This document shows positions 9,246-17,018 of a DNA stretch of 56,244 nucleotides, one piece after another. This DNA is from an uncultured Vicinamibacteraceae bacterium. Lineage in GTDB: Bacteria > Acidobacteriota > Vicinamibacteria > Vicinamibacterales > Vicinamibacteraceae. Position numbers and translations under genes: made by a program. Location: NCBI GenBank assembly GCA_964388335.1, contig CAYMAG010000013.1, positions 22,735 to 78,978 of the forward strand, in the 5' to 3' direction. How positions within the stretch are numbered: the stretch's first letter is position 1; every line of letters begins with the position of its first letter. The notes under the pieces were generated by a model. It was not told where the DNA came from, did no database searches, and worked only from the letters and a program-made list of their open reading frames with translations.

Positions 9246-9350
9246 GCATCAAGCGTCAAAGCCTGAAGCCTGAAGCCCGAGGCATGAGGCCCGAGGCATG
9301 AAGCCTGAAGCCCGAGGCATGAAGCATGAAGCATCAAGCATCAAGCATGA
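9246..9350. repeat. cryptic simple-sequence repeat tract (units AAGCCTGA / GGCCCGAGGCATGA / AGCATGA / AGCATCA)
   Basis: Directly visible iterations: aagcctgaagcctgaagcccgaggcatgaggcccgaggcatgaagcctgaagcccgaggcatgaagcatgaagcatcaagcatcaagcatga. The tract ends ~15 bp upstream of the padR3 -35 box. Confidence 0.6.
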
Positions 9351-9363
9351 CTGTGTCCTCCCA

Positions 9364-9392
9364 TTGACGACCGAAAGCCCCGCCACTATAGT
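9364..9392 (+). promoter_or_regulatory. putative padR3 promoter (-35 TTGACG, 17 nt spacer, -10 TATAGT)
   Basis: Sigma70-like spacing. Followed by the leader TCATGTCGGTTACTGAGAGGAGAAAATG, which carries a GAGAGGAG RBS. Confidence 0.45.
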
Positions 9393-9416
9393 CATGTCGG
9401 TTACTGAGAGGAGAAA

Positions 9417-9746
9417 ATGAGCAAGCCGACCGACCTCGTGCAGGGCACCCTCGACCTCCTGATCCTGCGCGTCATCGCCCTCGAGCCGATGCACGGCTGG
9501 GCCATCGCGCAGCGCATCAGGCAGATGTCCAACGAGGAACTGCGCGTGGGGCAGGGCTCCCTCTATCCGGCCCTTCACAAGCTCGAGCAACAGGGATTCA
9601 TCGCGGCGGAATGGGCGCCGAGCGACAACAACCGGCGCGCCAAGTACTACTCGCTGACTCGCGCGGGCCGGAAGGCGCTGGCGCACGAGACCGCCCAGTG
9701 GGAGCGGCTGTCGGCTGCGATCTCGCTCGTCGTCCGTCCTGTGTGA
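9417..9746 (+). CDS. PadR-family transcriptional regulator
   Basis: MSKPTDLVQGTLDLLILRVIALEPMHGWAI...NNRRAKYYSLTRAGRKAL. Strong RBS upstream. Confidence 0.85.
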   Translation: MSKPTDLVQGTLDLLILRVIALEPMHGWAIAQRIRQMSNEELRVGQGSLYPALHKLEQQGFIAAEWAPSDNNRRAKYYSLTRAGRKALAHETAQWERLSAAISLVVRPV

Positions 9747-9867
9747 GGCGCCCGCATGCGGTGGATGGCGATACTCAGGCCCGCACGGCGCGCCTCGGCG
9801 CAAGACCCTGCCGCGTCCTGAACCAGCAGTAGGTGCGTCGGGCGTGGTGCTCGGGCCACAAGCTTCG

Positions 9868-9945
9868 CTATTCCGGCCGCAGCGCGGCCCCCGGGTTGAT
9901 TCCGGCCTCCGCCACGGCCCCGCTGACCGGAATCTCACGGAATGC
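9868..9945 (-). pseudogene. remnant of an ADOP permease C-terminus (~25 codons), antisense between padR3 and ADOP3
   Basis: The minus-strand translation ...AFREIPVSGAVAEAGINPGAALRPE* resembles the conserved ADOP C-terminal end ...ARRATRIDPWAALRPE*. An in-frame stop lies immediately upstream. Confidence 0.4.
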
Positions 9946-10137
9946 TCACCTCCACGTGAAGACACCGGGTGGCCTGCTGGGGCAAGCTTCTACCCGCGGG
10001 CTCGATGAGCATGGCCCGATGCACCGACATGTGCGGACTGGAAGAGCGGAGCGTATGAATACCGGAGGAGCGGAGCGTATGAATGCCGGCCTGGTTCGAG
10101 GGCAGCAGGCTCGGGGGCGCCTGCGGGGTGAGGCCCG

Positions 10138-12594
10138 ATGACGGCGGTCTCGTGGCTCGACTGGAAGCTGGGCGCGCGTCTGCTGCTGAAGTATCCCGCG
10201 CTCACGATCATCGGCGGCCTTTCGCTGGCGGCCGCGATTGCGATCGGGGCGGTCGGCATCGAAGTCGCCGGCGAGCTGCTGTACAAACGGCTGCCGTTCG
10301 ATGAAGGCAGCCGAGTCGTGCGCCTGGAGACGCTGGACACGGCGACGTCACGCGTGGAGCCGAGCGTGCTCCACGATTTCGCGATCTGGCGGCAGTCTCT
10401 TCAGACGGTGACGGAACTCGGCGCCGCGCGCGTGAGCGAGCGCAACGTCCTCACGGGCGAAGGCCGCGTCGAAGCCCTGCGCGTGGCGGAGATCACGGCG
10501 TCGGCGTTTCCGCTCACCCGCGTGCCGCCGTTGCTCGGCCGACCGCTGCAGCCGACGGACGAAATGCCGGGGGCGGAGCCCGTCGTGGTCCTGGGTTACG
10601 ACGTCTGGCAGCGACAGTTCCTCCACGACCCGGCCATCATCGGCCGTGTCGTGACAGTGGGCCGCACGGCCCGCACCGTGGTGGGCGTGATGCCGCCGCG
10701 CTTCGGCTTCCCGCACGATCAGCAGGCCTGGGTGCCATTGCTGATCCAGGACGCGCCGCCGCGCGAAGGGCCGGCCGTGCAGGTGTTCGGCCGCCTCGCC
10801 GACGGAGCGAGCTGGCAGGATGCCGCGGCGGAACTCGACGTCGTCTCGGCACGCTTTGCCGCCGACCAGCCGACCACGCACGCGCAGCTGCGGACCCGTG
10901 TCCGCGCATTCGCGGGGCGCACGCCGGGCGATCCGCTGCGGCTGGAAGATCTGGCAGTCCACGCCATCGTCCTGCTGCTGCTGGGGGCAGTGTCGGCGAA
11001 CGTCGCGACGCTGATCTTCGCGCGCACGGCGATGCGCGAGTCGGAGATGGTCGTCCGTCATGCTCTGGGGGCGAGTCGTGCCCGCGTGGTCGCGCAAATC
11101 GTCACCGAAGGGCTCGTGCTGGCCCTCGCCGCGGCCGTGCTCGGGCTCGTCGTGGCCCAGGCGACCGTGCGGTATGCCTGGACCCGGGCGACTCTGATCA
11201 CTGGGGACAGCCTGCCGTTCTGGGTGGATCTGACGCTCGAGCCTGCCACCATTGCGTATGCGCTGCTGCTCGCGCTCGTCACCGCGGCACTGATCGGTGT
11301 GCTGCCGGCTCTGCAGGCCACGGGCGCGTCCATCCGGCGGGGACTGCAGGGGATGACCAGCGCCGGTGGGACGATGACGTTCGGCGGCATCTGGTCGTTC
11401 ATCATCGGCGCGCAGGTGGCGTGTACGCTGCTGTTCGTGCCCGCCGCGGTGGGAATCTACACCACCTCCGTCCGCGGCCAGTCGATGTCTGCAGCGTTTC
11501 CGACGGAGCGTTACCTGACCTTCGGCCTCAGGATGGACAACGAGGCGCTGGCCGGCGAGCGTGAGGTGCCTGACGATGGGCAGATCGGCGCGCGTCGCGC
11601 GCGTGCCCACGAAGAGCTCGCGGACCGGTTGCGTGAGGAGCCTGGTGTGACACACGTGACGCACGGCGACCGCCTGCCGACGATGTTCCCGGAGTGGGTG
11701 GCGGTGGAAATGGAGCAGGACGGTGCACCTCCGGCTCGCCTGCAGGGTAACTACGAGGGCGGATTCGCGATGGCGACTGTCGGTGCCGGCTATCACGAGG
11801 CGTTCGGCGCCACGATCGTGGCCGGCCGCGCCTTGCAGGCCGCTGACGCTGGGGCGTTGAACCGGCCCGTCGTGGTGAACGAGGCGTTCATGCGCGTCGT
11901 GGGCAGCAATCCCGTGGGCGCACGCGTGCGCACGCTCCAGCGAGGCAGCGAGCGCGAGCTGGGGCCCTGGCACGAGATCGTCGGCGTGGCCACCGATGTG
12001 GCGATGTTGTTCCCAGCCGATTGGGGTGGGGCGGCGTATATCTATCGCGCAGCCTCCGCGGCGGAACTCGATCCTGTCGTGGTCGCGGTGCGCGTCGCGG
12101 GGGACGCCGCGCCGCTTGCGCCCCGCGTCGCCGCCCTTGCGCGGCAGGTCGATGTTGGGCTACAGCTCCGGGACATCGCGACCCTCCAGGAGACCGTCGC
12201 ACGGCAGCAGGCGGCGGGCATCGGCGGCGTCGTCATCGGCGGCATTCTGCTCGTCGCGCTGGTCTTCTCCGCGGTCGGTCTCTACGCGCTCATGGCCGTC
12301 GCCGTGGCGCGCCGCACCCGCGAGATCGGGATCCGTCTCGCACTCGGCGCCACTCCCGGCTATGTGCTGCGTACCGTGTTCGCCCGTGCCGGTCGTCAGC
12401 TCGGCGGCGGCATCATCGCCGGCAACAGCCTCATCCTGTTCTTCGCGTGGCGCGCCGACAGCCTGACCGCCGATCTCCTCGTCTCGTCTGTGATCACATC
12501 CGTCATCATGGCCGTCGTGGGCGTGCTTGCGTGCGCCGCACCCGCGCGCCGCGCGCTGCGTGTCCAACCGACCGAGGCGCTGCGGCAGGTTTGA
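10138..12594 (+). CDS. ADOP-family permease (short N-terminus form)
   Basis: 818 aa: MTAVSWLDWKLGARLLLKYPALTIIGGLSLAAAIAIG..., C-terminal FtsX helices, ends ...PTEALRQV. It is 390 bp downstream of padR3, and the gap holds the ADOP remnant and direct repeats. Confidence 0.8.
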   Translation: MTAVSWLDWKLGARLLLKYPALTIIGGLSLAAAIAIGAVGIEVAGELLYKRLPFDEGSRVVRLETLDTATSRVEPSVLHDFAIWRQSLQTVTELGAARVSERNVLTGEGRVEALRVAEITASAFPLTRVPPLLGRPLQPTDEMPGAEPVVVLGYDVWQRQFLHDPAIIGRVVTVGRTARTVVGVMPPRFGFPHDQQAWVPLLIQDAPPREGPAVQVFGRLADGASWQDAAAELDVVSARFAADQPTTHAQLRTRVRAFAGRTPGDPLRLEDLAVHAIVLLLLGAVSANVATLIFARTAMRESEMVVRHALGASRARVVAQIVTEGLVLALAAAVLGLVVAQATVRYAWTRATLITGDSLPFWVDLTLEPATIAYALLLALVTAALIGVLPALQATGASIRRGLQGMTSAGGTMTFGGIWSFIIGAQVACTLLFVPAAVGIYTTSVRGQSMSAAFPTERYLTFGLRMDNEALAGEREVPDDGQIGARRARAHEELADRLREEPGVTHVTHGDRLPTMFPEWVAVEMEQDGAPPARLQGNYEGGFAMATVGAGYHEAFGATIVAGRALQAADAGALNRPVVVNEAFMRVVGSNPVGARVRTLQRGSERELGPWHEIVGVATDVAMLFPADWGGAAYIYRAASAAELDPVVVAVRVAGDAAPLAPRVAALARQVDVGLQLRDIATLQETVARQQAAGIGGVVIGGILLVALVFSAVGLYALMAVAVARRTREIGIRLALGATPGYVLRTVFARAGRQLGGGIIAGNSLILFFAWRADSLTADLLVSSVITSVIMAVVGVLACAAPARRALRVQPTEALRQV

Positions 12595-12846
12595 CGTGTC
12601 GCCTGGGACCGGCGATTCACCATCCCTCTTCGCCAATATGAACAACTGGCCACAAGCAGCTCATATTGATGGGCTTTGGTCCACGTGGGTGGCCTGGCAC
12701 CCGTGGTGCCTCTCAGGGCGTTCACTGTCAATGGCTTGGCGGCAGCAAGGCATTGCCCGGAACGCCCAGAGTCGGCAAGTGGTTGACTCGCCCTTGGTTG
12801 ACCGACACAGCGCCGCGACGTGGCGGCAGCGTTCTGTTGCCGTGAG

Positions 12847-12884
12847 TGTCAACAATTGACAGTTGTGGACAGCCTGACTAGAGT
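12847..12884 (+). promoter_or_regulatory. putative parDE promoter with palindromic operator (TGTCAA-CAA-TTGACA overlapping the -35 TTGACA; -10 TAGAGT)
   Basis: -35 at 12856-12861, 17 nt spacer, -10 at 12879-12884. Perfect 6-3-6 inverted repeat at 12847-12861. Confidence 0.45.
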
Positions 12885-12890
12885 CGTCCG

Positions 12891-13151
12891 ATGAACGTCA
12901 ATCTGGGCCCTGTGTTTGACCAATTCGTTGCCGACCTGCTGAAGACCGGCTTCTACCAGTCCCAGAGTGAGGTGGTGCGCGAGGGGTTGCGGCTGCTCAA
13001 GGAACGCGAGGAATTCAAGGAGGTTCGGTTGGACGAACTCCGCCGGAAGATCCAGGAAGGCGTGGCGGCGGCTGACCGTGGTGAACTCGTCGACGGCCCG
13101 GAGGCACTCCGCCGAGTCCGCGCGCGCAGGAACCCCGTCTCGAGGCGATGA
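12891..13151 (+). CDS. parD: ParD-family antitoxin (RHH, CC2985-type)
   Basis: MNVNLGPVFDQFVADLLKTGFYQSQSEVVREGLRLLKEREE matches the ParD consensus (sL...f..F.....sGrY.saSEVvRaaLRLLee.E). Confidence 0.8.
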   Translation: MNVNLGPVFDQFVADLLKTGFYQSQSEVVREGLRLLKEREEFKEVRLDELRRKIQEGVAAADRGELVDGPEALRRVRARRNPVSRR

Positions 13152-13450
13152 GCGGCTTCGTCCTTACGGAGCCGGCCGAACGCGACCTCACCGAGATCTG
13201 GGACTACATCGCCGCCGACAATCTCGAGGCCGCCGACCGTGTGCTCGACGCGATCGAAGCGGCGTTTCAGCGCCTCGCGGAGCGACCCGGAACTGGCCAC
13301 TACCGCGAAGATCTGGCCGACAAGTCCCTGCGGTTCGACTCGGTCTATTCGTACCTGATCGTCTACAGATGGGAGGAGACGCCGCTGCAGATCATCCGCG
13401 TCTTGCACGGCGCCAGAGACGTGCGTTCACTTCTCGAACGCGGAGGGTGA
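13148..13450 (+). CDS. parE: ParE/RelE-family toxin
   Basis: 100 aa. ATGA overlap with parD. EAADRVLDAIEAAFQRLAERPGTGHYREDLADKSLRF...YLIVYRW...IIRVLHGARD is typical of ParE. Confidence 0.8.
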   Translation: MSGFVLTEPAERDLTEIWDYIAADNLEAADRVLDAIEAAFQRLAERPGTGHYREDLADKSLRFDSVYSYLIVYRWEETPLQIIRVLHGARDVRSLLERGG

Positions 13451-13634
13451 ATCGTCTGGACTGCCAGGAATGACCTGTCCCTCGAGCGTGGGCCCCGCAG
13501 TTCATCCTGCAGAGATTCTTCTCGGGAGTTCCCGAAACGAGATGCCCCAGGCGGCGCCCCGCAGAAGCTGGGGATGTCGACCGTGCGGGCTCAACGAGAT
13601 CGGCCCATCGCTGATCGGTCACTTCCCTTGACCG

Positions 13635-16355
13635 CTATTCCGGGCGCAGCGCGGCCCACGGGTCGATCCGTGTCGCGCGGCGCGCGGGCAGCCACGCGGC
13701 CAGCAGTCCCACCGCCATCAGCAGCAGCGTGACGATCGCGAACGTGATCGGATCGGTCGGCGTCACCCCGAACAGGAGCGTCTGCAGCACGCGAGTCACG
13801 CCGACGGCCCCGACGAGGCCGACGATCAGGCCAGCGACGACGATGCGAAGCGCGCGCGTGAGTACCAGGCGGAGCACGTCGCGGCGATCGGCGCCGAGCG
13901 CCATGCGCAGGCCGATCTCGCGACGGCGCTGCGTCACCGCGTAGGCCATCAATCCGTAGATGCCGCACGTTGCGATGAGCGTCGCGGCTGTCGCGAACAG
14001 CACCAGCAGCACCATCCGGAAACGCGGCTGCGCGACCGACGCCGCCACCGCTTCGTCCATCGTCGCCGTGCTCGCGATCGGGAGATCTGGCGCGGCGCGG
14101 CGAATCTCCGCGCGGACGGCCTCGACCACGCTGGCGGGCGTGGTCGTGCGCGCGACGAACGACACGAACCGCAGGAAGAGTTCGCCGCGCTCCTGCTGGT
14201 ACGGCACGTAGAGCATCGGCTGCACGTCCTGATCGAGTCCCCGCTGACGGATGTCCGCGACCACGCCCACCACCGTCAGCCACTCGCCGTCATCGCCCAC
14301 GTGCACGCGCCGACCGAGCGCCTCGCCCGGACCACCTGGAAAGTACTCGCGCACGATGCGCTCGCTGACAATCGCCACCTTCGGCGCTTCCGCCGTGTCC
14401 AGTGCGGTGAACTCGCGTCCCGCCAGCAGCGGAATCCCCATGGTCCTGAAGTAGTCCGCGTCAACCTTCGGCGTGCCGGCAGAGAGCGCCGGCTTCGGCT
14501 GCCCCTCGATGCTGAAGTCGAGCTGGATGAACATCATGCCGAAGGGCGCCGAGTTGACCAGGCTCGCGGACGTCACGTTCGGCAGATGCTGCATGCGATC
14601 GAGCACGCCGCGCGCGAACCCATGCATGCGCTCTGGCGCGTCGTAGAGGTGTGGGGGCAGCGTCACCCTGACGGTCTGCACGACGCCGTCGCGCCCGCTC
14701 AGTTCGAAGCCCGGCGACACCGACGAGAGACGCACGAAGCTGTGAATCAGCAGGCCCGCGCCGATCAGGAGGACGAGCGTGATCGCGAACTGCGCGGCGA
14801 CCAGCAGCGTCCGCAGCCGCTCGCCCTGACCGTCGCCCGTCGTGCGCGCCGCGCCGGTGTGCAGCGCCAGGCCCTCGCCAAACGCGGCCCCACCGACGCG
14901 CCTGGCCGGCACGAGGCCGATCAGCAGCGTCGAGACGAGTGCCAGGCCGAGACAGAACGCCATCACCCGCGCGTCAATCACGATGCCGCCGAGGCGGGGC
15001 AGTGCGGATTGCGGCACGAGCGGCAGCGTGACGTGAATCGCGACCTGCGCGAGCACCACGCCGAGCGCCGCGCCCAGCAGCGACAACACGACCGCCTCCG
15101 TCAGCAACTGACGCACGATCCGCCGGCGTCCCGCGCCGAGAGCCATGCGGACGGACAGTTCGCCGCGGCGTGCGGTGAGGCGCGCCATCTGCAGGTTCGC
15201 GACGTTGACGCAGGCGATCAGCAGCACGGACGACACCGCCCCGAGCAGGATCAGGAGCAGCGTGCGCACCGACTCCGTGCCGTACTCCTGCAGGCCAACC
15301 GCACGCGCGACCGTGTGGACGTTCGGCGCGAGTGTGCCTTCTGGCGCCAGTGCGCCGGCAGACGCGATCGACGAGTCGTTCACCAGCGCCGTCAGCTCCG
15401 CTTCCGCGCGTTCCTGCGTCACGCCTGACTGCATGCGACCCAGCAGGAAGAGAAACGCGCTGCTGCCGGCGTCGCCGGGCCAGCGATTGGGCAGAAAGAT
15501 GTCAGCTTCGGGCAGCGCACCGATCCGGATCACCGGCCTGAAGCTGAAGTCCGGCGGCAGCACGCCGACGATGGTACGTGGGAGGCCGTCGACGGTGATG
15601 GACTGCCCGACGATCGCCGGATCGGCCTCGAGCGTCGTGCGCCACAGCCGATCGCTGACGATCGCGCTGCGATCGTCGTCTGGTGCCGCGACGCCGGTGA
15701 GGAACGCGCGGCCGCGCGCGGGCTCGACGCCCAGCGTGGCGAAGAAGTTCGGACTCACGTCGACCGCGCGTACCTGCAGCGGCTCGCCGCGTTCGGTGAG
15801 CAGCGCGTCGGTGGAGGCGTAGGCCGCGAGATGATCGAACGTGGTGACGTGCCGGCGCAGCGCCTCGTACGACGCGGGCGCCCAGTTCCAGAACGTCCTG
15901 GGGCCCGTCCCGGTCTGCTGCGCTGACGAGAGGATGACGAGGCGATCGGGATCGGGATAGGGCAGTGGACGCCAGAGCACGCCGTAGGCGACCGAGAAAA
16001 TCGCGGTGCTGAGGCCGATGCCGAGCGCGAGCGTGGCGAGGGCGGTGAAGGTGAACGCCGGATCGCGCCGCATCACTCGTAGCGCGTGACGCACGTCCTG
16101 CGCGAACGTTTCGAGCGTCGCGAAGGTCCACGGTTCGCGCGACTGTTCGCGCAGCCGCAGCGGATTGCCAACGCGCCGCCGCGCGGCCGCCCGCGCCTCG
16201 TCGCCGCTCATGCCATCCGCGTCGGCGAAGGCGTGTGCCTTCATCTCCTCGTGAAAGCGCAACTCGTCTTCCAGATCCCGATCGAACTGATTCCGCTGGA
16301 AAAAGAACAGCAGACGTCGGAGCACAGAACCCACGGGCACCTTCCTGAACGTCAC
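13635..16355 (-). CDS. ADOP-family permease
   Basis: 906 aa with motif QDVRHALRVMRRDPAFTFTALATLALGIGLSTAIFS and C-terminus ...ARRATRIDPWAALRPE. Confidence 0.85.
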   Translation of the reverse strand: MTFRKVPVGSVLRRLLFFFQRNQFDRDLEDELRFHEEMKAHAFADADGMSGDEARAAARRRVGNPLRLREQSREPWTFATLETFAQDVRHALRVMRRDPAFTFTALATLALGIGLSTAIFSVAYGVLWRPLPYPDPDRLVILSSAQQTGTGPRTFWNWAPASYEALRRHVTTFDHLAAYASTDALLTERGEPLQVRAVDVSPNFFATLGVEPARGRAFLTGVAAPDDDRSAIVSDRLWRTTLEADPAIVGQSITVDGLPRTIVGVLPPDFSFRPVIRIGALPEADIFLPNRWPGDAGSSAFLFLLGRMQSGVTQERAEAELTALVNDSSIASAGALAPEGTLAPNVHTVARAVGLQEYGTESVRTLLLILLGAVSSVLLIACVNVANLQMARLTARRGELSVRMALGAGRRRIVRQLLTEAVVLSLLGAALGVVLAQVAIHVTLPLVPQSALPRLGGIVIDARVMAFCLGLALVSTLLIGLVPARRVGGAAFGEGLALHTGAARTTGDGQGERLRTLLVAAQFAITLVLLIGAGLLIHSFVRLSSVSPGFELSGRDGVVQTVRVTLPPHLYDAPERMHGFARGVLDRMQHLPNVTSASLVNSAPFGMMFIQLDFSIEGQPKPALSAGTPKVDADYFRTMGIPLLAGREFTALDTAEAPKVAIVSERIVREYFPGGPGEALGRRVHVGDDGEWLTVVGVVADIRQRGLDQDVQPMLYVPYQQERGELFLRFVSFVARTTTPASVVEAVRAEIRRAAPDLPIASTATMDEAVAASVAQPRFRMVLLVLFATAATLIATCGIYGLMAYAVTQRRREIGLRMALGADRRDVLRLVLTRALRIVVAGLIVGLVGAVGVTRVLQTLLFGVTPTDPITFAIVTLLLMAVGLLAAWLPARRATRIDPWAALRPE

Positions 16356-16359
16356 GACA

Positions 16360-16710
16360 CTACGTCGTCTTCATCACGCGCATGATCGCGCCGAACATCT
16401 GGGAGAATCGCGACTCCTCGACGCCGAGCTGCTTCTTCCCGGCAGTCGTGAGCCTGTAGAAGCGCGCGCGCCGGTTGTTCGCTGACATCTTCCACTCGGC
16501 CAGCACCCATCCCTTGACGAGCATCCGCTGCAGCGCCGGATACAGCGACCCCTCTTCGATCGTCAGCACGTCCGCCGACAGCATCTGGATGTGCTGGGCG
16601 ATGCCGTAGCCGTGCATCGACTCGATCGACAGCGTCTTCAGAATCAACATCTCGAGCGTGCCCGGCAGCAGATCGTTCCGGGTCTTGGTCTTCGTCCTGG
16701 GTTCTTTCAT
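16360..16710 (-). CDS. PadR-family transcriptional regulator
   Basis: MKEPRTKTKTRNDLLPGTLEMLILKTLSIESMHGYGI...NNRRARFYRLTTAGKKQL. Start ATG at 16710 (rc cat 16708-16710). The stop is 4 nt from the ADOP4 start. Confidence 0.85.
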   Translation of the reverse strand: MKEPRTKTKTRNDLLPGTLEMLILKTLSIESMHGYGIAQHIQMLSADVLTIEEGSLYPALQRMLVKGWVLAEWKMSANNRRARFYRLTTAGKKQLGVEESRFSQMFGAIMRVMKTT

Positions 16711-16723
16711 CAGCGCCTCTTTG

Positions 16724-16738
16724 CATAGACGAACTATG
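16724..16738. promoter_or_regulatory. 5-5-5 inverted repeat CATAG-acgaa-CTATG in the padR4 leader (candidate PadR operator)
   Basis: The palindrome lies 14 bp upstream of the padR4 ATG. The same architecture occurs upstream of padR1 (CCTAA-accaa-TTAGG, within 4304-4333). Confidence 0.4.
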
Positions 16739-17018
16739 AGAGAGGAAGTTTCCTCGCCTCGGGGAGAGGTTGTCAAGTTGTTGGCGTGTGGCGCTGTCAG
16801 AAGCCGATGAGCTGGCCGTCGGCTCTGGCGACGACGACTGTGCGTTGGCGACGGCCGAGGACGTCGCAAGGCGAGGCGGCCGAGGTCTGCCGAGCGCACT
16901 GGGGCCGCGCTGTGTTCGTCTCCCACGCCGAAGGCATCCGCAGGGCGCTCGGCGTCACGGCTTACGGTCGGCTAACAGTTGACCCGCTCCGAGCGTCCTG
17001 ACCCAAGGAGGCATCGAC

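Noticed and set aside
14301-15428. 375-aa plus-strand ORF, plus similar long antisense ORFs at 10348..11973, 17367..19031, 40698..41750, 41715..43538 and 42429..43979 upstream portion
   Set aside because: All are antisense or out-of-frame to well-supported genes and have compositionally biased translations. For 42429..43979 only the 3' 360 codons (from MPALPHPIT...) form the HTH-PBP regulator.
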